A stretch of DNA of 63,184 nt, counting the filler, from Trichomonas gallinae (taxonomy: Eukaryota): NCBI GenBank assembly GCA_008369845.1. It is 5 parts of 5 records of this genome, joined end to end, with 100 filler letters (N's around TTAATTAATTAA, not from the genome) between each part and the next. Parts side by side here need not be neighbours in the genome. Positions count along the whole stretch, not along the records: positions 28,496 to 54,453 come from MRSU01000452.1; positions 54,554 to 58,136 come from MRSU01000456.1; positions 58,237 to 61,598 come from MRSU01000457.1; positions 61,699 to 63,184 come from MRSU01000481.1; 1 more part is not named here. The stretch is one strand, 5' to 3'. Below, piece after piece: positions 54,284-63,184 of the stretch; position 1 is the stretch's first letter, and each line of letters opens with the position of its first letter. The position numbers were made by a program, and so were the translations under genes. The notes beneath the pieces are model-generated. The model did no database searches. It was given only the letters and a program-made list of their open reading frames with translations, and was not told where the DNA came from.

Positions 54284-54453
54284 ATTGTTCTATTAATTTC
54301 GCATTTTGTACATCGCAGACCATGAATTTAAAGCATTTTATTTTTAATAATTTTTTCCAAACCTTAAGGGACAGTTCTAACCGTTTTTTGTAAACTTTAC
54401 AACGGAAAAAATTTTGTATTTTTGCACCTATTTTGATCAAGATTTTGCAAAAA

Positions 54454-54553
54454 NNNNNNNNNNNNNNNNNNNNNNNNNNNNNNNNNNNNNNNNNNNNTTA
54501 ATTAATTAANNNNNNNNNNNNNNNNNNNNNNNNNNNNNNNNNNNNNNNNNNNN
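54454..54553. other. Artificial contig linker
   Basis: N44-TTAATTAATTAA-N44. Confidence 0.97.
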
Positions 54554-54554
54554 T

Positions 54555-55628
54555 TATCCAGGATATTACTGCCCAGAAAATAAAGCTACAATTCCTGGAA
54601 TGACTGTATATTCTGATGATGTATGCGGTGATTTTAACTGCAATGGATACAATAGTTTCACTATTAGATATCAAAATAACGACTATAATGAAGTTCTTAA
54701 CTGCACATATGAAGGTCAAACGTTCTTATTTGGACAAAGGACTCTTATTTGTCCTTCACCTGAAAATTTCTGCAGGGTTAAATTAAATGGAAATGGTCAC
54801 TTTAAATCCAACCCGCTTTCCAATGTTCTACCAACACCAACACCATTTGCAACACCTTCAAATACTCCTTCAACAACACCTTCAAATACTCCTTCAACAA
54901 CGCCATCAAATACTCCTTCAACAACACCTTCAAATACTCCATCAACAACTCCATCAATAACGCCATCAAATACTCCATCAATAACGCCATCAAATACTCC
55001 TTCAACAACACCTTCAAATACTCCTTCAACAACGCCATCAAATACTCCATCAATAACGCCATCAATAACTCCTTCAGCAACCCCTTCAATAACTCCTTCA
55101 AATACTCCTTCAACAACGCCATCAAATACTCCTTCAACAACACCTTCAAATACTCCATCAATAACGCCATCAAATACTCCTTCAACAACTCCATCAATAA
55201 CGCCATCAATAACTCCTTCAACAACACCTTCAAATACTCCATCAATAACTCCATCAACAACACCTTCAAATACTCCATCAATAACTCCTTCAACAACACC
55301 TTCAAATACTCCATCAATAACGCCATCAATAACACCTTCAACAACACCTTCAAATAATCCATCAACAACTCCTTCAATAACGCCATCAAATACTCCTGAG
55401 ACAACTCCATCAATAACTCCTTCAACAACACCTTCAAATACTCCATCAATAACGCCATCAATAACACCATCAAATACTCCTGAGACAACACCTTCAACTA
55501 CACCATCATATGATACGCCGATGCAGAGTCATGCGACTGCTGTAAACATGTCTTCTAATGGTCTCAAAGCTAGAAAGATAAATGCAAAAGAAATATGCTT
55601 TGGGATAATGTATGCTTATTTTGTATAA
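54555..55628 (+). CDS. GP63/leishmanolysin-like protein, C-terminal fragment with mucin-like stalk
   Basis: Frame is open from the contig edge: [31 protein letters not shown]...ICPSPENFC (GP63 Cys-rich C-domain), paralogous to the end of the 56763 gene. Confidence 0.8.
   Translation, partial: YPGYYCPENKATIPGMTVYSDDVCGDFNCNGYNSFTIRYQNNDYNEVLNCTYEGQTFLFGQRTLICPSPENFCRVKLNGNGHFKSNPLSNVLPTPTPFATPSNTPSTTPSNTPSTTPSNTPSTTPSNTPSTTPSITPSNTPSITPSNTPSTTPSNTPSTTPSNTPSITPSITPSATPSITPSNTPSTTPSNTPSTTPSNTPSITPSNTPSTTPSITPSITPSTTPSNTPSITPSTTPSNTPSITPSTTPSNTPSITPSITPSTTPSNNPSTTPSITPSNTPETTPSITPSTTPSNTPSITPSITPSNTPETTPSTTPSYDTPMQSHATAVNMSSNGLKARKINAKEICFGIMYAYFV
54852..55511 (+). repeat. 12-bp coding tandem repeat, about 55 TPS[N/T/I] units
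   Basis: ACN-CCW-TCA-AHW units encoding [12 protein letters not shown]. Confidence 0.95.
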
Positions 55629-56762
55629 AAATCGTTTTCCATGAATAAAATCTTTATTTGTTCCATAATATAACGATATTGAAGAACATTTTACATGAAA
55701 TCTTGAATATAATTTTGAAAAATCTTTTTAAAACAATATTATAATGCATATTTAGTGTGTATATTAAATAAAAACCCGCTTATGAGCAAGAAGAACGTGT
55801 TTTCCATGATTTTAAAGAAATTTTTGATTTTCCACTTGCCAAATCATATCACAACCATGTTTAAAAGATTTTAGTTATAAAAATAAGTAAGGATTGTAAT
55901 ACATAATTAGTGTAAATCCGAAAGCCTCAAATTCGATTAACAATCAAACTTACAGTTAATTCGATTTTCGTTCCAATTATCAGTCATTAAAGATGATATA
56001 CAAATGATTTTGATTATCTCCACCGATATTAACCTGATTTTAAACTTGACTGTAAAAAAAAAAAAAAAAAATAAGGCGATAAGCATTTTCCATCAATCTA
56101 AAATAAATAGCTACAATTATCCAATTTGCCTGTCAAAACACAGATTAATTGAAAAGTGATAAATTTTTTAGAAATTTTAAGAAATAATGGCTCTACAAAT
56201 TATTACAATGTATTATTTTAACCAAAAAAATGTAAGAATCTCTCACAAAAAAAATCTAAATTTGATCCACTTCATTTAATTTCGACAAATGAGCATGTTA
56301 TTGATAATAAGAGTCAATTCAAAATTATCATGCATACGATTATTTTCAATTCAAATTTCAATGCGATGTAAAGTGAAAATTATCATAAGGATGATAATTG
56401 AATATTTCGCACATTTTGACATGAGGTTTTCCGCGCCCGTAAAACGTACGCAATTCAAATTTTCTCAAAATTTAAGATCTTTAAATATTATAATAATTAT
56501 CATTAAATAATACCATTTATGAGATTTTTAAAAATTTTTGAAAATCAAAACAAAATTGATAACATTCGCAAATTTGATATAAATCTTATATATAATTGTA
56601 TGACAAATATATGATGATTTGTCGAAGAACCAATATTTCTCTAAAAAATAAAATAAAAACCTTCCAAGATTAAGATTTTAGTATAGATATGATATATGGC
56701 GTGTATCTTATATATTGATCCGAACACAGAGAAAAAATTTGATAATACTCTTCAAAAGTTTA

Positions 56763-58136
56763 ATGTTGCAGATTTTACTGACGTATCACTATGTTTGGAA
56801 CAACGAGGAAGTAATTAATGGTCAAACAACGTATATAAACAAAGTAAAGAGGTCATATAGACGCCTTCTCGCTACGAATCCATCTTTTGATACAATCCGA
56901 ATTACAACCGATTTTCAATACATGAACGGAACAACAGAAGATACACAGACATGCAAAACTAAGGGTCAAACTGTAACATGGAACTCCAAAACTTATACAT
57001 GTGAAGAATATCAAATTTTAACTGCTCAAAAACTTCAGATTTTGGAGAAAACAGTTGGGTATGTTGTTAATTACCTAACAAAACTACTCAAAGTTATACA
57101 TTATGACTTCGATATCCCAATTTACGGCGATTCAGATTTCGAATGCGTCAAAGAAAATCAAACTGTTCAAAATTCAGATTTCCATTTGATCTTCTTGAGC
57201 AGACCTTTTGAATCCAATGATACACTGACCAGAGGAAGAAGTGTCACAATTGATTCGAAATACAGCAGAGTTCTTTTCGGCGTCATCTTCATCAATCCAT
57301 TGAGAATCCCAGAAGTTACTGGAGATGAGAACAGCAACAACAACAGGTACTTCTATTCCTTGATGGCTTCTGTTCTTAACATTATCGCGGTCAATCCAAA
57401 CAACTACAAGAGATATCACATGAAATACCAAACAGAGCCGTATGAAGAAATCATCTGTAACCTAACTAAATTCAACAGGAACTTCAGTATATTAGTGACA
57501 CCTTATGCCCACTGGTTTGCCTACAAGCACTACAATATGCATTGGTTCTATGGCGAAAATGGAGAAGTTTGCCCAAGTGGAATCATCCTTGAGAACTCAA
57601 AAGAATACAAAGGCGCAGAATCAATCATTTACAACACAGATGTTTCAATTATGTTGAACATTCAGCCAGATGAAGGCAAATATCTGAGGATCACAGATGT
57701 CACACTCGCTTTCCTCTTGGACACAGGAAACTATGAAGCAGACTGGAGGATTGCGAGACCTTTAGTTTACGGACACAAAGACTCAATAAACGGCAGCTTT
57801 ATTCCGAATTGGCCACTGAGTCCTCCATCTACAACATTTCCAAGCTACTTCTACGACCCTAATGATCCATTCGACTACACTGGCTTCGACTTCAATTCTT
57901 GGGGCCAAGCCAGTGAGATCACAATTGACTGCGCCACTGAGTCCAGCCAGTACGATGATTACTGCAAAGCGCCAGAATGGTACAACCCTCGTGGATATTC
58001 AGTCGCTGGCAGTTTGGAGCCATTCGATTATCAATTGATCAAGCAGCCTGCAAATCTCTGTCCAGAAGGAATGGCAACAATCAAAGGAATGACAAAGTAT
58101 TCTAATGATTATTGCGGTACATATACATGCAATGGC
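56763..58136 (+). CDS. GP63/leishmanolysin-like (M8) protein, predicted catalytically dead, 3' end cut at contig edge
   Basis: M8 scaffold (IRITTDF, GVIFINP, LVTPYAH, CPSGIILEN, RITDVTLAFLLDTGNYEADW), but the HExxH position reads ASVLN and the downstream SH ligand is missing. ATG at 56763. Confidence 0.82.
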
Positions 58137-58236
58137 NNNNNNNNNNNNNNNNNNNNNNNNNNNNNNNNNNNNNNNNNNNNTTAATTAATTAANNNNNNNN
58201 NNNNNNNNNNNNNNNNNNNNNNNNNNNNNNNNNNNN
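58137..58236. other. Artificial contig linker
   Basis: N44-TTAATTAATTAA-N44. Confidence 0.97.
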
Positions 58237-58310
58237 GGCCGAGTGGTCCAAGGCGGTGGATTTAAGCCCCACTATCGAGAGATGCCTGGGTTCGAACCCC
58301 AGTGGTACCA
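58237..58310 (+). tRNA. tRNA-Leu(UAA), 5' end cut at contig edge
   Basis: GGCCGAGTGGTCCAAGGC D arm; GTGGA-TTTAAGC-CCCAC anticodon arm (TAA); long variable arm; CTGGG-TTCGAAC-CCCAG T arm; TGGTACC-A followed by an oligo-T terminator. Confidence 0.9.
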
Positions 58311-58730
58311 ATTTTTCTTTTTTTTTATTCAAAAGCTATTCTATTTTGTTACCAAATATTCATAATTGGGGCTGCTGAATGAAAATAATACGTTATACCC
58401 ATGTGTGAGAGTAAATTTTGTTGATTTGTAGTCTTTAAAGCTTTAAAGACAATGGATAAACAAAATTTAAATGATAATCGAGAATTAATATGTGTTTCTT
58501 TTTTAAGATTTTATAGATCTAAACACCTTAATCTCAATACATTACTAGAACTGATTTTAATTCAATATCTTTTGCATTTTATTCAAATAATTTGGTAAAG
58601 TTTTGTCAAGGGTGCACCCTTAAACTCAGTTTGTTACATATTTTAACTTGTAAGGAGAAAGAATACAACATATTTATTTCATTTTTCATTTTTGACATGT
58701 CAAAAATTGTTTGCGATCATTTTGTAAGGA

Positions 58731-59609
58731 ATGATGCTCGCAATATTATCTTATCTTTCGAGCTCAAAGTTAGGCTATGAATCAGTAAACTATATCCATG
58801 AATATCATACGTTTAAAACATACACAATACTTGACAATGATCTATTATTTGTAAATAGTTCTCTTGATGATGCTATTTATCTCTCTCTTCAACCACATAC
58901 AATCACAGGAGATGTTTATATTAATGTTACATGGGAGGATAACACTACAACACAATATTATGCATCACAAGGAGATTTATTACGAATAATATGTAGAAAT
59001 CTTGTTATATCATATTTCAACAAAGGTGGTTTAACATTAACAGTATGGCAAATGCCAAAAGACAGATGCTCTGATAATACATTTTTCACAAGCCATCAAA
59101 ACGAAGTGAATATTAAAGTTAATCGCGAACTTGAACAAAACAGCATCTGCTGGTTTATTAATTTTAAGAATATACCGCAAATAACATTGAGAAAATTACA
59201 AATTCCGCCAAACTCATCATTACAAGTATATAATTCACAAAATACTGTCGTAAATTCTTCGAAATCACCATTTATCTCTACAAAAGAAACTGTTATCGCT
59301 TTGCATTCTAAATCGGGTTTTCATAACCTCATAATACAAGCTAAAAGCCAAATTGTTTACGCAGACTGGACGGATACTACAAGAAAATTTGCCGAATTTA
59401 CACAAAATGGAAAAATTTCAGAATCGATTTATGATTCTTCATTTATGACTTCACAACGAAGAATTTCACCTCTAATTTGGCTAGTTATTGCATTTATTGG
59501 CTTCTGCATTTTCGGATTCACAATAATAATATTTTTTATCAAACCTGCTTACAAACTTCAGCGCAATATTAATCTGAAAGATCTAATTCACGATTTTAAG
59601 ATTGATTAA
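58731..59609 (+). CDS. Type I membrane protein of unknown function
   Basis: Leader MMLAILSYL; C-terminal TM LIWLVIAFIGFCIFGFTIIIFFI. Confidence 0.75.
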   Translation: MMLAILSYLSSSKLGYESVNYIHEYHTFKTYTILDNDLLFVNSSLDDAIYLSLQPHTITGDVYINVTWEDNTTTQYYASQGDLLRIICRNLVISYFNKGGLTLTVWQMPKDRCSDNTFFTSHQNEVNIKVNRELEQNSICWFINFKNIPQITLRKLQIPPNSSLQVYNSQNTVVNSSKSPFISTKETVIALHSKSGFHNLIIQAKSQIVYADWTDTTRKFAEFTQNGKISESIYDSSFMTSQRRISPLIWLVIAFIGFCIFGFTIIIFFIKPAYKLQRNINLKDLIHDFKID

Positions 59610-59867
59610 CTATACAAATTATATATGTTTGAATAAATATTTTCTATTCTATTTGATATTCAACATTAATAGATATAAATATTCCTTACGGTATCAAATA
59701 CTCGTGAATTTGTTGTATTTTCTTTAACAAGCTTTGATTTATCCTTTGGCATCTGATAAAATGACTGAATGATTGCATATCACAGATGAAGAGAAATACA
59801 AAATGTTTGTTAGTTTTTTAAAAGAAAGAAATCTTTAGTTTTTAATATTAGATTTATTAACAAAAAT

Positions 59868-60680
59868 TTATGGTAATACCATGTATGCACTCTTAGCTTC
59901 CTTAGGTGGGGACTGCCAGAAATAAGATACAACACAGACAATAAATAGGAAAATGGCAAAGGATGCTGAGCCAATAGAAATCCACATCAGAGTTTTCATA
60001 AACCCATCAATGTTCGAGAGGTAAACAGTGATGTATTTTGTAGTTTTCTGATGATGAATCCAAAATTGCTTTGTGCCAACGGTCTTTTGAAAAACAAATA
60101 TGTTTTCGATGTTCTTCTCAAGATTGTTAAGTTCCTCCTTAGATCCGTAAAAGAATGTCTGTAAGTAGCGTGGAATTCCATTTACATATTCTTGTTTGAA
60201 GACAATATTTGGCATGTTCTGTGGTATTTTGTAGAATGTTGTTATAGTTTCTGTCATTTCGCGATAATATGTTGAATTTGGAAGGAAATCAACTGAAAAG
60301 TTAGACACCACGCCAGAAATATCACCATATGTACCATTGAACAATGATACTGATCCATGAGAGTTTACTTTGTGGATAGTTATATTGCCATCTATTATAA
60401 ATATTGATTGTTCTTTGAGAGTTTGATTGTATAGTTCAAGGTAATCGATATCAACAGAATCGTTGCTAGATGTATATAATGTGAAGTTACTAGATCCTAA
60501 TGTCAACGTTACAGAAGAAGCATTTAAATATTGAACATCCAATTTATAATTTTGATCCAAGACATAAATTTCCGACACATCAGTCTGATTCGCCCATGGA
60601 GCAAATCCCTCAGGGCATTTCTTCGCGTCTTTAACAATGCAAACTTTCGTGCAAGAAGTTAAACCAAGTAATAAAAACAT
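59868..60680 (-). CDS. Type I membrane protein of unknown function
   Basis: Leader MFLLLGL; VCIV...CP motif; TM LMWISIGSASFAIFLFIVCVVSYF; YMVL tail. Confidence 0.75.
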   Translation of the reverse strand: MFLLLGLTSCTKVCIVKDAKKCPEGFAPWANQTDVSEIYVLDQNYKLDVQYLNASSVTLTLGSSNFTLYTSSNDSVDIDYLELYNQTLKEQSIFIIDGNITIHKVNSHGSVSLFNGTYGDISGVVSNFSVDFLPNSTYYREMTETITTFYKIPQNMPNIVFKQEYVNGIPRYLQTFFYGSKEELNNLEKNIENIFVFQKTVGTKQFWIHHQKTTKYITVYLSNIDGFMKTLMWISIGSASFAIFLFIVCVVSYFWQSPPKEAKSAYMVLP

Positions 60681-61598
60681 TTATTTTTTTTTCGAAGAAC
60701 GATAAAAATTTTTTTGATTTGTAAAAATTATTATTTAGTGTGAATACTATAAATGTTATGATGTCAATTTGTCAATTTTTAGTATTCAAAAAATAAATCA
60801 ACAATTTTTTTTTTGGTAAAAATTGGTGTATCGATAATATACTGGCTGTAGTCAATAACCTCAATAATTAAAAGAAATTGTTCGTCGTTGGCCACCGTTT
60901 TCAAAATTTTAATAAAATGCTATATAGAAAATCGTATGGAATTTATTTATGAAGTAAATTTTGAAAATTTTAAGTGAAAATTTTTGAAATTGAGAGATTG
61001 GGTTGCTTCAGTTTGAGGATATGTTTCAATAATACAAATATCATTTTTCAGCAGTCGTACTGACCACTTTGCTAATATTTCTGTAAGCTAATAGCATATA
61101 AAATATCAAAATTATCACATCAAACTAAAATTGCTTCTGGAATTTACTTAATTGGAAACCTTTCATTCACAAACAACATATGAGCATAGATAAAACATGC
61201 TCGACTTTTGAAAAACAGTTTAGCAATGAACTCGCAAATTATTTTCAGTTTTTGTAATTAAAACCAATGCCTAAATTTGTCATTCAAATAATACATATTA
61301 CTATGGCATATATGAGTACCATATCTAATTATCAAGAGTTTTTGCAGTATTGTTATAAGAAGTTTATATACAGGAAATATTCAAAAGAGGGGGAACTCCA
61401 CTTTTTGGGAAAATTTTAAAAGTGACATGATAAAAACGCCTCCTGCAGCTCCCTCTAACGTTCCAAACTCCTAGATGCTAATACATTAATATAGAGCAGG
61501 AGATGCAGAATAATTTTACCGTAGAATGTTTTTTCTCAGTTGAAGTTATTGTCACGATATTTTGATTTTTAGTCGATACTCATTAAAATCAGTCTTAC

Positions 61599-61698
61599 NN
61601 NNNNNNNNNNNNNNNNNNNNNNNNNNNNNNNNNNNNNNNNNNTTAATTAATTAANNNNNNNNNNNNNNNNNNNNNNNNNNNNNNNNNNNNNNNNNNNN
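61599..61698. other. Artificial contig linker
   Basis: N44-TTAATTAATTAA-N44. Confidence 0.97.
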
Positions 61699-61901
61699 TT
61701 TCTTGAGTAATATGAAGAGTGAGATCGAAATAGTATTTAAGATGGTATAATTTAAATGCTGTGTTATATAAGCTGTTTGTTGTTGAGTGATGGAAAAATT
61801 GTTCGGAAGAAAAAAACAAAAAGTAAAAAGAAAAATTATAGATTTAGAGATGAAAGATGGATAGAATGCCGTTTATTTATTAGAAAACAATTATAAGAAA
61901 A

Positions 61902-62909
61902 TTAGTGGTCGAGGTGCTCGAGTGCAATCTTCTTCTCGTTGAAGAGGTCTTGCTCTGTGAAGTTGAGTTTCTCGCGAAGCCAGTTGTTGATCTTGAATCC
62001 ACTTGCGACGTGTATGTTTCCTGCTTTGTCGACTGTGCATGGGAAAGAGAATACGACGCCTGGCTTGATGCCGTACTCGTTGCCTTCTGGGACTGGGATG
62101 CCCATGCTGAGGACTTCCCCTTCTGCCGTGCCGAAGAGCCATGCCTTCATGTGCTGGATTGCTGCCTTTGTTGGGCTGGCGGCGCTTGTGAAGCCGCGGT
62201 GCTCCATGATGTCCCATGCGCGGTGGCTGATCTTCTTGAAGAATGTGCCGAAGACGTAGTCTTTGTCGAGGTGGTCGATGACTTTCTCTGTCTTGCCTTC
62301 CTTCGTGAATGTTGCATTTGTGAGGTCTGCAACCATTGACTCGCCATGGTTGCCCCAGACGACGATGTTGTGGATGTCGTTGATGCTGACGTTGAGTTTA
62401 GATGCAATCTCGTAGTATGACCTGTTCTGGTCGAGCATTGAGAGACTTGAGAAGTTTGCTGCACTCAAGTTCTTTGCATGGAGCATTGCGATCTCGCAGT
62501 TCGTGTTGTCTGGGTTTCCGATGACTAAGACTTTGACTGTTGGCTTCGCCCACTGAGAGAGGTACTCGCCAGTGTTCTTGAAGATGACGCTGTTCGAGCT
62601 GATGAGGTCTGCGCGGACTTGTCCTGGCTTGAGAGGGACACTCGCGACGAGGAATGCGCAATCGATGTCCTTGAATGCTTTCTCTGGCTCTGTTGTTGCG
62701 ACGTAGCCGGCGAGGTGTGGGAATGCGCAGTCATCGAGCTCCATTGTGAGAGCTGTGAGCCTGTTCATAGCTGGTGGAATGTCAAACAAATGTAAGTAGA
62801 CTGGGCGGTCGCCATACAACTCACCACCTGCAATCCAGTGGCTGAGGATGTATCCGATCTGACCTGCTGCGCCTGTGATTAAGACATGTGCTGCTTCTTG
62901 TTCACTCAT
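61902..62909 (-). CDS. LDH: Trichomonad L-lactate dehydrogenase (derived from cytosolic MDH)
   Basis: HVLITGAAGQIGYILSHWIA, VASVPLKPGQVRADLI (Leu where MDH has the specificity Arg), GNPDNTN, WGNHGES. ATG 62909 follows a TCATT Inr. Confidence 0.92.
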   Translation of the reverse strand: MSEQEAAHVLITGAAGQIGYILSHWIAGGELYGDRPVYLHLFDIPPAMNRLTALTMELDDCAFPHLAGYVATTEPEKAFKDIDCAFLVASVPLKPGQVRADLISSNSVIFKNTGEYLSQWAKPTVKVLVIGNPDNTNCEIAMLHAKNLSAANFSSLSMLDQNRSYYEIASKLNVSINDIHNIVVWGNHGESMVADLTNATFTKEGKTEKVIDHLDKDYVFGTFFKKISHRAWDIMEHRGFTSAASPTKAAIQHMKAWLFGTAEGEVLSMGIPVPEGNEYGIKPGVVFSFPCTVDKAGNIHVASGFKINNWLREKLNFTEQDLFNEKKIALEHLDH

Positions 62910-63184
62910 TGTGAAAAAATGATGTTTTTTTCTTCCTCTCAATTGATGACCTAAACATTTATCAAAAGTTTTATAACAGTTTCTTAGCCTTGTTCTCAAT
63001 CTTTTCAATGGAATTGAATGCAATTTGTTCGACCCATATATGCATTATAGAGCATTTTTTTATAACATAATCGAAAATTTTTGATTTTTGATTTTTGATG
63101 AATTTCCCCTTTTTCCCCTTCATTGTTTTTTCGCATCTCCAATTTTTGCAGAAATGACTTTAATAATAGCTAAATAGTTCGAAT

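Noticed and set aside
54802..55497. 231-aa Leu-rich antisense ORF
   Set aside because: Shadow of the 12-bp TPSx repeat.
58256..58272. A31-C39 mismatch in tRNA-Leu as evidence of editing or a pseudogene
   Set aside because: A single mismatch with all other arms intact; cannot be interpreted without paralogs or reads.
61380..61510. GC-richer patch with a CTCCTGC/GCAGGAG inverted repeat as ncRNA or transposon end
   Set aside because: Only 7-bp arms, no partner TIR or TSD, and close to a contig edge.
28396..61698. TTAATTAATTAA repeated four times as a biological repeat or element end
   Set aside because: Always centred in N44 blocks; it is a six-frame-stop contig linker.

Overview
AT-rich, intron-poor eukaryotic DNA from a trichomonad (Parabasalia, most likely genus Trichomonas). 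The assignment rests on the MDH-derived Leu91-type LDH, BspA-like LRR and GP63-like surface proteins, TCAYW initiator (Inr) and AAAGTGAC (M2) promoter motifs, and short 5' leaders. The window is not contiguous: five contigs (1-28395, 28496-54453, 54554-58136, 58237-61598, 61699-end) are joined by 100-bp N44-TTAATTAATTAA-N44 linkers, so adjacency across linkers means nothing. It holds about 33 protein genes or fragments, three tRNAs (Thr-UGU, Glu-UUC, Leu-UAA), all at contig or window edges, and several pseudogenes missing from the ORF track. Recognisable genes: DYRK kinase, tubby, Rad23-like, Pat1-like, PP1-like, calcineurin-B-like, SGT-like, a bacterial-type thioredoxin, PQ-loop, Sec61alpha fragment, ankyrin, CYFIP, two divergent Hsp70s, Rab3GAP2-like, BspA, two GP63-like and LDH. 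The most interesting unexplained structures are: (i) a roughly 500-bp module at 12.9-13.4 kb with imperfect inverted arms, a TATA box and a 32-bp stem-loop followed by two more hairpins; (ii) a phased array of 12 TGTCACTTTT motifs at about 23-bp period in a divergent promoter; (iii) a Firmicutes YtpP-like thioredoxin with host-adapted codons; (iv) a GP63 paralog lacking all zinc ligands; (v) a shared short hydrophobic C-terminal tail on four unrelated surface-protein families. All family calls come from motif recognition by eye; no searches were run.
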